Positions 1 to 9,248 of a stretch of 64,000 nucleotides of DNA are shown here, in pieces. Each line of letters opens with the position of its first letter. Position 1 is the first letter of the stretch. The DNA lies in the NCBI GenBank assembly GCA_024399965.1, contig JAKSNJ010000007.1, positions 2,436 through 66,435 on the forward strand, read 5' to 3'. Under the pieces are notes generated by a model that worked only from the letters and a program-made list of their open reading frames with translations, did not search any database and was not told where the DNA came from. The translations under genes and the position numbers were made by a program. The DNA comes from Paludibacteraceae bacterium. GTDB taxonomy: Bacteria > Bacteroidota > Bacteroidia > Bacteroidales > Paludibacteraceae.

Positions 1-929
1 TCCATGATGGCAAATACTTCGGCTTTCGTTTCAGCGCGAAGGAGGGCAATACGGGTTTGCTTGAAATCGTATAGTCCCTTGAAAACAGGGCTATTGGCAA
101 AGTGACGACGGGAGTGGACGATGCCTTTGCGCTCGTCGCCAATCCACTCAATCGAGCGCTCGACATGATCCTTGAGGATAGAGACGCACCACTGCATGGT
201 GCGAGGTTGCAAGTTGCAGGTTGCAGGTTGCAGGTAATTTTTAATGTCCTCGAATATCCATGGGCAGCCAAAGGTGGCACGTCCAATCATGATAGCATCA
301 ACACTGTAGCGGTCAAAACACTCTTTGGCCCGTTCGGGGGTGGTGACATCGCCGTTACCGATGATAGGAATATGCATACGTGGGTTGTTCTTGACCTCGC
401 CGATGAGGGTCCAATCGGCTTCGCCGGTGTACATCTGTGCGCGTGTACGTCCGTGAATGGCCAGTTCCTGAATACCACAATCCTGCAAGGCCTCTGCCAA
501 ATCGACGATGATGATTTCGTCACTATTCCAGCCCAAGCGCGTCTTGGCCGTGACGGGCGTATGCACAGCATTGACGACGGCGCGTGTGATGTCAAGCATA
601 CGAGGCACATCGCGCAGCAAGCCGGCTCCAGCACCCTTGCCGGCGACTTTTTTTACAGGACAGCCGAAGTTAATATCTATAAAATCCGGGCGCGCCTGCT
701 CCACTATACGCGCTGCCTCAGCCATCGACTCGGCATCGCGTCCATAGATCTGGATAGCCACCGGCCGCTCGGCATCGGAGATAGTCAGTTTGCGCGTAGC
801 AGCCGACACGTCGCGTACGAGTGCATCGGCATTGATGAACTCCGAATAGACGCGGTCAGCACCAAAGCGTTTGCACAAAAGTCGAAACGCGGGGTCGGTA
901 ACATCCTCCATGGGAGCGAGGTAGAGCAT
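1..929 (-). CDS. dus: tRNA-dihydrouridine synthase (Dus family). The 3' end runs off the left edge of the window.
   Basis: Absent from the ORF track because there is no in-window stop. Reading the reverse complement from the ATG at 929 gives MLYLAPMEDVTDPAFRLLCKRFGADRVYSEFINADAL..IQIYGRD..INFGCPVKKV..TAKTRLGW..IHGRTRAQ..IGNGD..IGRATFGCPWIF, a Dus TIM-barrel pattern. I checked the frame for stops over 780-929. The 102..1136 + ORF is its antisense shadow. Confidence 0.85.
   Translation of the reverse strand, partial: MLYLAPMEDVTDPAFRLLCKRFGADRVYSEFINADALVRDVSAATRKLTISDAERPVAIQIYGRDAESMAEAARIVEQARPDFIDINFGCPVKKVAGKGAGAGLLRDVPRMLDITRAVVNAVHTPVTAKTRLGWNSDEIIIVDLAEALQDCGIQELAIHGRTRAQMYTGEADWTLIGEVKNNPRMHIPIIGNGDVTTPERAKECFDRYSVDAIMIGRATFGCPWIFEDIKNYLQPATCNLQPRTMQWCVSILKDHVERSIEWIGDERKGIVHSRRHFANSPVFKGLYDFKQTRIALLRAETKAEVFAIM
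204..235 (-). repeat. Heptamer micro-array, about 4.5 units of AGGTTGC/AAGTTGC (GCAACCT on the coding strand), in frame inside dus
   Basis: Direct reading: aggttgc aagttgc aggttgc aggttgc aggt. It encodes YLQPATCNLQPRT in Dus. Confidence 0.9.
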
Positions 930-933
930 GGGA

Positions 934-982
934 ATTTGGAGTTTAGAGGTTGGAAGTTGGAGTTTGGAAGTTGGAAGTTAGA
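934..982 (-). repeat. Heptamer micro-array, 7 degenerate units (atttgga gtttaga ggttgga agttgga gtttgga agttgga agttaga)
   Basis: Direct reading. On the minus strand it forms the last codons of tadA (..SLTSNFQTPTSNL) and the leader immediately 5' of the dus ATG. Confidence 0.9.
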
Positions 983-1425
983 GAGGGGCGTTTGGAGGCG
1001 AAGAACGAGGTCATACGTTGGGCACAGTCGTCGGCGAGTATTCCCGATGAAACGGCGCATTTTGGATGGAGTGCCTGTGGGGCAAAAGAAGAAAAACCAC
1101 GTTTGGGGTCGGACGCACCATAGACCAATCGGCTAACCTGTGCCCACCCGATGGCACCGGCACACATGACACACGGTTCGACGGTCACGTAGAGGGTGCA
1201 ATCGGTGAGGTACTTACCGCCGAGTGTCTGCGTTGCAGCGGTGATGGCTTGCATCTCGGCATGGGCGGTAACGTCCTGCAGGGTTTCGGTAAGGTTATGT
1301 CCGCGACCGATGACTTGGTTACGGCAGACGATGACACACCCGACAGGTACTTCGTCCTGCAGAAGCGCTTTATCTGCCTCCGCAAGGGCTAAAGACATAT
1401 ATCGTTCGTCATCGGACATCGGCAT
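943..1425 (-). CDS. tadA: tRNA-specific adenosine deaminase (CDA-fold)
   Basis: HAEMQAI and TVEPCVMCAGA zinc-deaminase motifs. The ATG at 1425 shares one base with the malQ TGA. The track start at 1428 is a TTG. Confidence 0.9.
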   Translation of the reverse strand: MPMSDDERYMSLALAEADKALLQDEVPVGCVIVCRNQVIGRGHNLTETLQDVTAHAEMQAITAATQTLGGKYLTDCTLYVTVEPCVMCAGAIGWAQVSRLVYGASDPKRGFSSFAPQALHPKCAVSSGILADDCAQRMTSFFASKRPSLTSNFQTPTSNL

Positions 1426-4043
1426 CAACGTACAGAGGTCAGTTTTTGTATCTTCTCGTTCAGGGCTTTTTGCTTCATCAGGTCTTCCACCGAGATGTGC
1501 ATACGGTAGTTCCAGAAGTGACGCGGATTGCTGGGCAAGTTGATGCGCTCACCTTGCGCGTCTTTGAGTCGTACATCACCATCCACGGCGAGCCAGTCTT
1601 GCAGGGGCAGAATGACCCACATAGCAGGGCTATACATGTGTTGATTAACCACGAACTCGGCAATCTCGGGCGTCATCTGTTGAGGCGCTTCACCCCACCA
1701 GCCCATCTGCTCGTTGTAGAAACGTTGGGTGGTGTTGCGGTCCTCTTCCCACCAAGCACGCAACGGATTGGTGTCGTGTGTACCCGTGGTGCAGACGCTG
1801 AGATAAGGTGCATCGGCAGGGTGTGCAAACTTGATGGTGGGGTCCTTCGGCATACGCTGAATCTCCAAACTGAGTATCTGCAATTCGTGCATTACTTGCG
1901 GTACGCACTCAGGCACCATACCAAGGTCTTCGCCGCAGCAGAGCATACCGGTGGAGTTGATGAGCGTAGGAATCTTGCTCATGGCACTCTGACGCCAGAA
2001 CTCGGTATGACGGCGGAAGAAATAGTCGTTGTAGATACCCATGATGATATCTTTTTGGTCTTGGTACAGTTCGTTGAAACTGTGACTTTGGTAGATGCTG
2101 ATACGCGGATGCACAAGGTATTCATCTTTTTGGTCTCGCACGAAGAGCACTTCGCAATGCAGGTAGATGAGCCCGTTCATCAGGTTCAGGCGCTGCTCCT
2201 CGGGCAAGTTCTTACCCTCGCCCTGCTCAAAGTAGGTTTGTACCTTGAGTTGCGTATCAAACTCCGGACGGAAATAATAGACATAGCCATCGTTAGTGAG
2301 GAGGAAATGCTCCTTGGCATATTCGGTGTCAAAACCGAAGACATCGCCGAGGAAATTGCTACGGATATAGGGCTTGGTCATACGGTCCTCGTCCAACTTA
2401 ACGCCCATGTTCCACAGGTCTTGCATACTGTAAGGCAGGGCAGGACAGAAGTGTCCGCACAGTCCCCAGACGTCGCTCTTGCGCATCTGCCAAATACGGA
2501 ACATACCCAAGATATGGTCGATACGGTAGGCGTCAAAGTAGTCCGCCATCTTACTGAAGCGGCGTTTCCACCAGTCGTAGTTATCCTTGGCCATCACGTC
2601 CCAGTTGTAGGTGGGGAAACCCCAGTTCTGACCGCGTGCATCGAAATCATCAGGCGGCGCACCGGCACTGGCCTTGAGGTTAAACAGTTCGGGGTATTCG
2701 TACGCATCGACGCTGTCGGGGTTGATACCGATAGGTATATCTCCCTTCATCGCCACACCGATGGAATGGGCATACGCCACGGCGTCCGCCAACTGACGGT
2801 CGGCATGGAACTGCAGGAAGCAATAGAAGTCCTTGGGCTGCTTGTCGCGCTTGCTCATAAAGGCGGCGTAGGAATCCAACCAGTTCTTGCTCTTTTTGTA
2901 GAACGTTTTATATTCGGCAGAAGCCAAAACGGTATCTTTCTCGGCCTTGAAGATGGCTTTGAAATACTTCATCTTCTCATCATAAACGACCTGATAATCG
3001 GCAATGGGTTTGGCATTGAACTCCTGCTTGGTGGCCTCGTATTTCTTTTTCTGCGCAGGTGTGAGTTTGCCCATCTTCTCTATGTTAATATAGATAGGAT
3101 GCAGGGCAAAGACACTAACGGGGCTGTAGGGATAACTGTCGCGATTGGTGTGGGTGAGAGTGGTGTCGTTGATAGGCAGGGTCTGAATCATCTTCATGCC
3201 GGTCAGCACAGCCCAGTCTGCCATCTTCTTAAGGTCTTGGAACTCACCTATACCAAAGCCCTCGTCGGTGCGTAAACTGAAGACAGGTATCGCCACACCG
3301 GCTCCTTTCCAACGGGGTTGGGTACGACGGAAATTGCGGTCATTCTGCATGATAACCATACCCGACTGAACGCCCCACACGTGGCGGTTCTCGCCATATT
3401 CGATATCGACAATGCGGTTGGTCGCCTTGTCGTAGATGACATATTTATACTCAAAAATCTCATTGGCCTTGACGTGGATATTGGCACGCCAAACGGGGAA
3501 GTCGTGGTCGTCCATCACCACTTTTTTTGCCTCGTTCCAATTGCCTAATTCGGGTATATTACCCATGATAGCAACCCCTTGGCAGGGCAAAATCTGCGGC
3601 AAGTCGATACTGAAACGGACGTTGGACTTAGCCATGGCAGCAGCGGTTTTCAGTTGGCCACTCTGGGGCTCGCGATGGAACAGCGACTTGAGGAAAGCGG
3701 TGGTGTAGAAGGCCTTTTCGTAATCGACGGCTTGCCAATAGTCGTGGACGGACACCTGCTTATCGGCAGCGCGCAAGGCAATGGTACGGGGCTGACCTTC
3801 CTCGTAGATATACTGCCCATTCTCCAAACGAATGGCATAGTTGTAACAGAACTCGCCCCCCTTGGACTCGATGTCAGCAGTCCAGCAATCCTGCCCCTGA
3901 CAGGACATGTAATAAGGCGTTTGCTCGGTGAATACGGCTTTTTCTCCCTTTTGAATCAGACACAGTTGCTGACCAAAAACAGTACGATAATTAACTTGAA
4001 AATGTACGGTCATGGTATTACTCTTGTTTATTATAGTTGTCAT
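1425..4043 (-). CDS. malQ: 4-alpha-glucanotransferase (GH77 amylomaltase) with N-terminal starch-binding (CBM20-like) repeats
   Basis: 872-aa ORF. N-terminal segments TVHFQVNY.. and NVRFSIDLP..GNIPELGNWN resemble CBM20. The C-terminal part is GH77-like (GAPPDDFDARGQNWGFP, YRIDHILG, CGEDLG). An alternative ATG at 4013 would remove the overlap with the upstream gene. Confidence 0.85.
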   Translation of the reverse strand: MTTIINKSNTMTVHFQVNYRTVFGQQLCLIQKGEKAVFTEQTPYYMSCQGQDCWTADIESKGGEFCYNYAIRLENGQYIYEEGQPRTIALRAADKQVSVHDYWQAVDYEKAFYTTAFLKSLFHREPQSGQLKTAAAMAKSNVRFSIDLPQILPCQGVAIMGNIPELGNWNEAKKVVMDDHDFPVWRANIHVKANEIFEYKYVIYDKATNRIVDIEYGENRHVWGVQSGMVIMQNDRNFRRTQPRWKGAGVAIPVFSLRTDEGFGIGEFQDLKKMADWAVLTGMKMIQTLPINDTTLTHTNRDSYPYSPVSVFALHPIYINIEKMGKLTPAQKKKYEATKQEFNAKPIADYQVVYDEKMKYFKAIFKAEKDTVLASAEYKTFYKKSKNWLDSYAAFMSKRDKQPKDFYCFLQFHADRQLADAVAYAHSIGVAMKGDIPIGINPDSVDAYEYPELFNLKASAGAPPDDFDARGQNWGFPTYNWDVMAKDNYDWWKRRFSKMADYFDAYRIDHILGMFRIWQMRKSDVWGLCGHFCPALPYSMQDLWNMGVKLDEDRMTKPYIRSNFLGDVFGFDTEYAKEHFLLTNDGYVYYFRPEFDTQLKVQTYFEQGEGKNLPEEQRLNLMNGLIYLHCEVLFVRDQKDEYLVHPRISIYQSHSFNELYQDQKDIIMGIYNDYFFRRHTEFWRQSAMSKIPTLINSTGMLCCGEDLGMVPECVPQVMHELQILSLEIQRMPKDPTIKFAHPADAPYLSVCTTGTHDTNPLRAWWEEDRNTTQRFYNEQMGWWGEAPQQMTPEIAEFVVNQHMYSPAMWVILPLQDWLAVDGDVRLKDAQGERINLPSNPRHFWNYRMHISVEDLMKQKALNEKIQKLTSVR

Positions 4044-4803
4044 TCATTTTAGATGTTCCGGTTCCAAACCGGTTTTGTTTGCAAAAATACAAAATTTTTT
4101 CTAAACTTGCAAATAAAACAGGAATTATTGTATTAAAAATCCAAATTATGGACACGGCAATGGCGATGGCGGGCACGTTGGCGGTGTATTGTCCGAAAAT
4201 CAGTACCGCCCAGCCGCCTTTTATGGCTACATCTGCCACAGGCAGTGAGGGCATGATGCTCACGCACACGTAATAGACGGCTATGCTGCTAACGGCTTGC
4301 CACGGCGTGAGGGCAATGCCCACGAAGCGCAGCACCGCCCACAGTTGCACACCCCATACCAGATAGCGGACGACGGTCCAGAACAGGACGGGAAGCCATT
4401 TGCGCCAGTCACGCAACCATGCCTTGCCCTGCATTTTGAGTTGTTCACGGTCGATGTCCAGCCCTGCACTCACGAGGCGTGCCGGTATGTCTCCTGCCCG
4501 ATAGGGCGTGATGAACCCTGCCACCATACCTATCAGCACCTGATGCCAACTGTCCGAGAGCGTGATACTCTTCCACCCACGCAAGAGCCACTGCCACCGC
4601 ACGGTCTCAGCCCACAGTTGCACCGGAATGAGCAGCCCTGCCACCAGCAAGACCGTTCCTTCCCACGCACCTGCCTGACGGAAATACAGACCTATGTCGG
4701 CGTAGTGGCGATAGGTGGCAAGGCGGTAGATGAGGTAGCCAAAAGCCGCCACACTGACCAGCATACCGGCCCACTGAAGATATGTGAATTTACGGTGTGT
4801 CAC
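4018..4803 (-). CDS. Polytopic membrane protein, flippase-like / lysylphosphatidylglycerol-synthase TM-region family
   Basis: 261-aa hydrophobic ORF with several predicted TM helices. The family call is by general resemblance only. Confidence 0.5.
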   Translation of the reverse strand: MTHRKFTYLQWAGMLVSVAAFGYLIYRLATYRHYADIGLYFRQAGAWEGTVLLVAGLLIPVQLWAETVRWQWLLRGWKSITLSDSWHQVLIGMVAGFITPYRAGDIPARLVSAGLDIDREQLKMQGKAWLRDWRKWLPVLFWTVVRYLVWGVQLWAVLRFVGIALTPWQAVSSIAVYYVCVSIMPSLPVADVAIKGGWAVLIFGQYTANVPAIAIAVSIIWIFNTIIPVLFASLEKILYFCKQNRFGTGTSKMNDNYNKQE

Positions 4804-4844
4804 TATAACGCAAAAAGCAACCGCTGCGGTTGCTTTTCCAATTC

Positions 4845-5705
4845 TTAGCCAAGATACGTCTTTAAGATACGGCTCTTGGACGATGCTTTCAGTTTGCGAA
4901 TGGCTTTCTCCTTGATTTGGCGCACACGCTCCCGAGTGAGATGGAAATCATCGCCAATCTCTTCCAATGTCTTTTCCGGCATTCCTATACCGAAGAACTT
5001 ACGCAAGATGTCGGCTTCGCGTGCCGTGAGGGTGTTGAGTGCGCGGTCAATCTCGCGAGAAAGGGACTCGTTAATCAGTCCGCGGTCGGCATTGGGGCTG
5101 TCCTCGTTGGGCATGACATCAATCAGGCAGTTATCTTCGCCCTCCACAAAAGGTGCATCGACCGATACATGGCGGCCGGACATCTTGAGCGTGTCGGCAA
5201 TCTTGTCCACAGGCATGTCCAAAATCTCAGCCAGTTCCTCAGCAGACGGCTTACGCTCGTACTCCTGCTCAAAACGCTGGTAGGCCTTGTTAATCTTGTT
5301 CAACGAACCAACTTGGTTCAGGGGCAAACGCACGATACGTGACTGCTCTGCCAGCGCTTGTAAGATGGATTGACGAATCCACCACACAGCATAGGAAATA
5401 AACTTAAAACCCCTTGTTTCATCGAACTTTTCGGCGGCCTTGATAAGTCCCAGATTGCCCTCGTTAATCAGGTCGGGCAAACTTAAACCTTGGTTCTGAT
5501 ACTGCTTGGCAACCGAGACGACGAAGCGCAAGTTGGCACGAGTCAGACGCTCCAAAGCGGCACGGTCACCGTTGCGGATACGTCCTGCCAACTCAACCTC
5601 CTCCTCCACGGAGACCAAGTCCTCGCGACCTATCTCCTGAAGGTATTTATCCAAGGAGGCAGATTCACGATTGGTAATTGATTTAGTAATTTTGAGTTGT
5701 CTCAT
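4845..5705 (-). CDS. rpoD: Primary RNA polymerase sigma factor (sigma-70/SigA, short Bacteroidota type)
   Basis: Regions 2-4 are readable: [63 protein letters not shown]. Confidence 0.95.
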   Translation of the reverse strand: MRQLKITKSITNRESASLDKYLQEIGREDLVSVEEEVELAGRIRNGDRAALERLTRANLRFVVSVAKQYQNQGLSLPDLINEGNLGLIKAAEKFDETRGFKFISYAVWWIRQSILQALAEQSRIVRLPLNQVGSLNKINKAYQRFEQEYERKPSAEELAEILDMPVDKIADTLKMSGRHVSVDAPFVEGEDNCLIDVMPNEDSPNADRGLINESLSREIDRALNTLTAREADILRKFFGIGMPEKTLEEIGDDFHLTRERVRQIKEKAIRKLKASSKSRILKTYLG

Positions 5706-5723
5706 AATTATTCTTTTTTATTG

Positions 5724-5797
5724 TGATCCGGCCGGGATTCGAACCCGGGACCCACAGCTTAGAAGGCTGTTGCTCTATCCAACTGAGCTACCAGACC
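5724..5797 (-). tRNA. tRNA-Arg (anticodon UCU)
   Basis: The reverse complement GGTCTGG TA GCTC AGTTGGATA GAGC A ACAGC CTTCTAA GCTGT GGGTC CCGGG TTCGAAT CCCGG CCGGATC A folds as a 74-nt cloverleaf. The anticodon stem is perfect. GG is in the D loop and TTCGA in the T loop. CCA is not encoded. Confidence 0.92.
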
Positions 5798-5845
5798 TCG
5801 CGTCCGGCAAACGGACGCTTTTGTCAATCCCACTTTTTGGGGCTG

Positions 5846-5877
5846 CAAAGATACAAAAAAATTTTGAAATATACAAA
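5846..5877 (-). promoter_or_regulatory. Bacteroidota sigma-A promoter (TTTG-N20-TAtcTTTG) upstream of tRNA-Arg and rpoD
   Basis: Minus strand reads TTTGtatatttcaaaatttttttgTAtcTTTGcag. The -7 box is 5846..5853 and the -33 box is 5874..5877. Confidence 0.7.
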
Positions 5878-5883
5878 CTTTTT

Positions 5884-5918
5884 AAATGGAAAATGGAAAA
5901 ATGAGAATGGAGAATGGC
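5884..5918. repeat. Heptamer micro-array, 5 units (aaatgga aaatgga aaaatga gaatgga gaatggc)
   Basis: Direct reading. Intergenic. Confidence 0.85.
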
Positions 5919-5986
5919 TTTTTTTCTGAGTTATGACCGCAGGGCACAAGGCAGAACGCCGAAATATACAGAAAATACAGGTTTAG

Positions 5987-6137
5987 TCACCCCCTCATCG
6001 TTCGTGTATCTCGAGACGAACGATATACGAACGATGAACGAACGATGAACGGAGAGTGAATTTTGGGTGCAAATAGGTTCTTTAGCGGCATTGATAACCA
6101 TCGACCATGTTATGTTGATGTTATGTTGCAAACAGGG
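5987..6137 (+). repeat. Intergenic repeat family, copy A (internally deleted relative to copies B and C)
   Basis: It shares tcatcgttcgtNtatctcgagacNaacgatatacgaacgatgaacgaacgNtgaacggagagtgaattttgggtg and ..atgttatgttgatgttatgttgcaaacagg with 43480..43710 and, inverted, 53135..53360. Confidence 0.9.
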
Positions 6138-6260
6138 AGAATGAGCGCTTTACTGGTTTGCCAACTTCCGACCCTCAAGAAAAAAAAGACAAATGTGGAA
6201 CAGCAGGTATATTAAAGGTAAGCAACAGGCAATAGAAGTACTATGCTGCCAAAGTAGAGA

Positions 6261-6296
6261 TTAAAAAACTACGCTACATGTAGGTGTGGCGTAGTT
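6261..6296 (-). terminator. Rho-independent-type terminator with no assigned gene
   Basis: Minus strand reads aactacgc-(14 nt)-gcgtagtt followed by ttttttaa. There is no annotated CDS upstream of it within 180 nt. Confidence 0.5.
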
Positions 6297-6478
6297 AGTT
6301 ATGTCTTATAAAGATAATTACTCTGGTCGATTCCTTGATAGGTTCTCTGTGCTGAACATTGTATATTTAATCTTGTCTGTATTTGGATTGTACTCAAATT
6401 AATGAAAACGCAAAGAAAGGACAAATAAATAAACTTTCCCATCGGAAACAGAACAAACAAATTTTTCTGCATTTTGCA

Positions 6479-6516
6479 TAAAAAATTGCCTATCTATTTC
6501 AACGTAGATAGGCAAT
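6479..6516 (-). terminator. Rho-independent terminator downstream of trxA
   Basis: Minus strand reads attgcctatcta-cgttgaaa-tagataggcaat followed by tttttt, about 45 nt after the trxA stop. Confidence 0.8.
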
Positions 6517-6561
6517 TTCTTGGAATAAACATGCTTTGCAGGGTATGCCCTGCGGAAGTAG

Positions 6562-6876
6562 TTAAACTAACTCGTCGAACAGTTTTTGCAAGTCCGGCTT
6601 ACGAGCAGCACCCACGTGACGATCCACCAACTCACCGTTCTTGAAAATCAACATGGTGGGAATGTTCATAATACCGTACTCCTCGCACGTGTCGGGGTTG
6701 TCATCTACGTTGAGTTTACCCACACGCACTTTGCCTTCGTACTCAGCAGCCAACTCGTCAACGATTGGCAACATCATTTTGCAGGGACCACACCACGGTG
6801 CCCAGAAATCTACTACGAGGGGACTGCCCTCTGCTACCAACTCCTTAATGTTGGCATCTGTAACTTCTAATGTCAT
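6562..6876 (-). CDS. trxA: Thioredoxin
   Basis: 104 aa with the WCGPC active site (FWAPWCGPCKM). Confidence 0.95.
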   Translation of the reverse strand: MTLEVTDANIKELVAEGSPLVVDFWAPWCGPCKMMLPIVDELAAEYEGKVRVGKLNVDDNPDTCEEYGIMNIPTMLIFKNGELVDRHVGAARKPDLQKLFDELV

Positions 6877-9239
6877 AATGATTGTATTTTAATGTTTTTT
6901 TCTTCAGGATAAAGCATCATTCGGTCCGTTATCAGGTCCTCCAACCCACTTTGCACGGCACGTTTGACAGGTCTGGCACCGTTCTTGGGGTCGTAAGCAC
7001 GCTCCAACAACTGCTGCATAACGTTGGCCGACAAGGAAAGTTTATACCCCTGTGCTGCAATTCGTTTCTTGAGTTCATTGACCTCTATTTGGACAATATG
7101 CGCAATGCTCTCTTTGGACAAAGGAGCGAAGGTGATGATGTCGTCTATACGATTGACAAACTCCGGTGGAAAGGCCTTTTTTAGCGCTTTGTTCATCGTT
7201 TGCTCGGCAATCGACTGAGTTACTTCTCCGGCATCAAAACCGACTCCGGCACCAAAGTCGTTCAGCTGGCGTGTACCGATGTTGGAGGTAAGAATGATGA
7301 TGGTGTTGCGGAAATCAACGGTCTGCCCCTGCCGGTCGGTCATACGACCTTCGTCCAGCACCTGCAGCAAGATATTGAATATATCGGGGTGTGCCTTCTC
7401 TATCTCGTCAAACAGCACAATCGAATAGGGACGACGACGCACCGCCTCCGTCAGTTTACCACCCTCCTCGTGGGCAATGTATCCGGGAGGCGCTCCTACC
7501 AACAGCGATACCGTATGTTTTTCCATATATTCACTCATATCGAAACGAATGACGGCCTCCTTGCTGCCAAACATCTCTTGTGCCAAGCACTGCGCCATAT
7601 AGGTCTTACCTACACCGGTCGAGCCAAGGAAGAGGAACGTACCGATAGGACGGTGTGGGTCACGCAATCCCAAACGCGAACGACGGATAGCGCGAACCAC
7701 CTTATCCACCGCCGTATCTTGACCAATCACCTGTTTGCGCAGGGCATCGGGCAATTGCAGTAACTGCTCGTTCTCCTTTTTGGCCACACGCTGTACAGGT
7801 ACGCCCGACATTATGCTCACTACGCGGGCTACATCTTCCTCCTCGACCACCTTGCTATGCGTCCGCGCACCCGCTTCGTCCATCGCGTCAATGGCCTTGT
7901 CAGGCAGGGCACGGTCGGTGATATACCTATTAGTTAACGTAGCACATGCGCGCAAGGCGCCTTCGGTATATTGCTTGCCGTGGTGTTCACTATACTTGGG
8001 GCACAACCCTTGCAGAACGAGAATGGTCTCGTCAATGGTAGCAGGGCGCACCATCACCTTCTGGAAGCGACGCTCCAAAGCGGCATCTTTCTCGATGGAT
8101 AGGCGGTATTCGGCTGTAGTCGTAGCACCAATACACTGCACTTCTCCACGCGCCAAAGCGGGCTTTAAGATATTGGCAGCATCTAAGGCACCATGCCCGT
8201 TTCCGGCACCGATGATGGTGTGTATTTCGTCGATGAACAGGATATAATCGCGATGTTCGTCCAGTTCATAGATGATTTCTTTCATACGTTCCTCAAACTG
8301 GCCCCGATAGGTGGTGCCTGCCACAATGGAAGCCATGTCCAACGCAATGATATGCCGCCGGTTGACATACTTATTTCGGCTACGTACCCATTTCTGCGCC
8401 AATCCCTCCACAATGGCGGTCTTGCCCACACCGGCATCGCCAATCAAGATGGGATTGTTCTTTTTACGGCGATTAAGTATCTGCTCCAAACGCAAAATCT
8501 CCTCCGTTCTGCCAATCACAGGGTCTAATAAACCTTCTTGCGCCATGCGGGTCAAGTCCCGACCGAAATGGTCTAAAGCCGGCGTGTCAGACTCCGGTTC
8601 GTTGGGCTCCTGCGGAGCCATATCCTCCTCGTTGGGCTGCTCAGCAGCACCGCCTTGAGGGCGCATCGTGCGCGAATTGAGCAACACAAAACCTGCCCCT
8701 GCGATGTGCGAGAACAAGTCTTTGGCTATTTGCTCCATCTCGTTGGCTATCATCTCCTGCTCCTTCTCGGTGGGCTGGCGATGTTCCTCTTTCGGCTGCT
8801 CTACCTCGGCAGCGGAATGCGGGAAGAGACGTTCGATGGTGTCGTACGTGATATTAAACTCCTCACTGAGTAGCATAGCTGGGAAGTTAGCACGCTCATG
8901 CAGAATAGCCAACAGCAAATGAATAGAGCCGCAGCTATCCGAACCATACGACTCTGCCTCGAGCAACGCCATACGCATGATGACGGTCGTGGTGTGCGTA
9001 AACTGTATCCGAGTAGTTGGATTGGGTGTGGTCGTTTCTTTCCGTAAACGCTCATCCAAACGACGTTTGAACTCGTCCATCACCAAACCGGAACGGCAAA
9101 GCAACTCATATGCCTTGCCCTCCTGCAGACGCAAGATGCCCAACATCAGGTGATCCGGCAGAATAGTCGTGTTCTCCAACCGAGTGGCTTCCTCGGCTGC
9201 ATAATGAAGAATAGTATGTAAATGTTGTGTGTAATCCAT
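6873..9239 (-). CDS. Clp/Hsp100-family AAA+ ATPase (ClpC/ClpB-like, two nucleotide-binding domains)
   Basis: N-terminal Clp repeat. Walker A motifs [15 protein letters not shown] (D1) and [15 protein letters not shown] (D2). Walker B motifs ILFIDEIH and [11 protein letters not shown]. The stop overlaps the trxA start (ATGA). Confidence 0.88.
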   Translation of the reverse strand: MDYTQHLHTILHYAAEEATRLENTTILPDHLMLGILRLQEGKAYELLCRSGLVMDEFKRRLDERLRKETTTPNPTTRIQFTHTTTVIMRMALLEAESYGSDSCGSIHLLLAILHERANFPAMLLSEEFNITYDTIERLFPHSAAEVEQPKEEHRQPTEKEQEMIANEMEQIAKDLFSHIAGAGFVLLNSRTMRPQGGAAEQPNEEDMAPQEPNEPESDTPALDHFGRDLTRMAQEGLLDPVIGRTEEILRLEQILNRRKKNNPILIGDAGVGKTAIVEGLAQKWVRSRNKYVNRRHIIALDMASIVAGTTYRGQFEERMKEIIYELDEHRDYILFIDEIHTIIGAGNGHGALDAANILKPALARGEVQCIGATTTAEYRLSIEKDAALERRFQKVMVRPATIDETILVLQGLCPKYSEHHGKQYTEGALRACATLTNRYITDRALPDKAIDAMDEAGARTHSKVVEEEDVARVVSIMSGVPVQRVAKKENEQLLQLPDALRKQVIGQDTAVDKVVRAIRRSRLGLRDPHRPIGTFLFLGSTGVGKTYMAQCLAQEMFGSKEAVIRFDMSEYMEKHTVSLLVGAPPGYIAHEEGGKLTEAVRRRPYSIVLFDEIEKAHPDIFNILLQVLDEGRMTDRQGQTVDFRNTIIILTSNIGTRQLNDFGAGVGFDAGEVTQSIAEQTMNKALKKAFPPEFVNRIDDIITFAPLSKESIAHIVQIEVNELKKRIAAQGYKLSLSANVMQQLLERAYDPKNGARPVKRAVQSGLEDLITDRMMLYPEEKNIKIQSL

Positions 9240-9248
9240 CAGCGTAAG

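Noticed and set aside
102-1136. 344-aa + strand ORF at the left edge
   Set aside because: It is the antisense shadow of the minus-strand dus gene (clear Dus motifs on the other strand). Its tail is produced by heptamer-array sequence, and it has no recognisable motifs of its own.
1446-3275. 609-aa + strand ORF
   Set aside because: It lies entirely antisense to the GH77 malQ CDS. Its composition is low-complexity (V/L/H/G-rich), typical of shadow frames.
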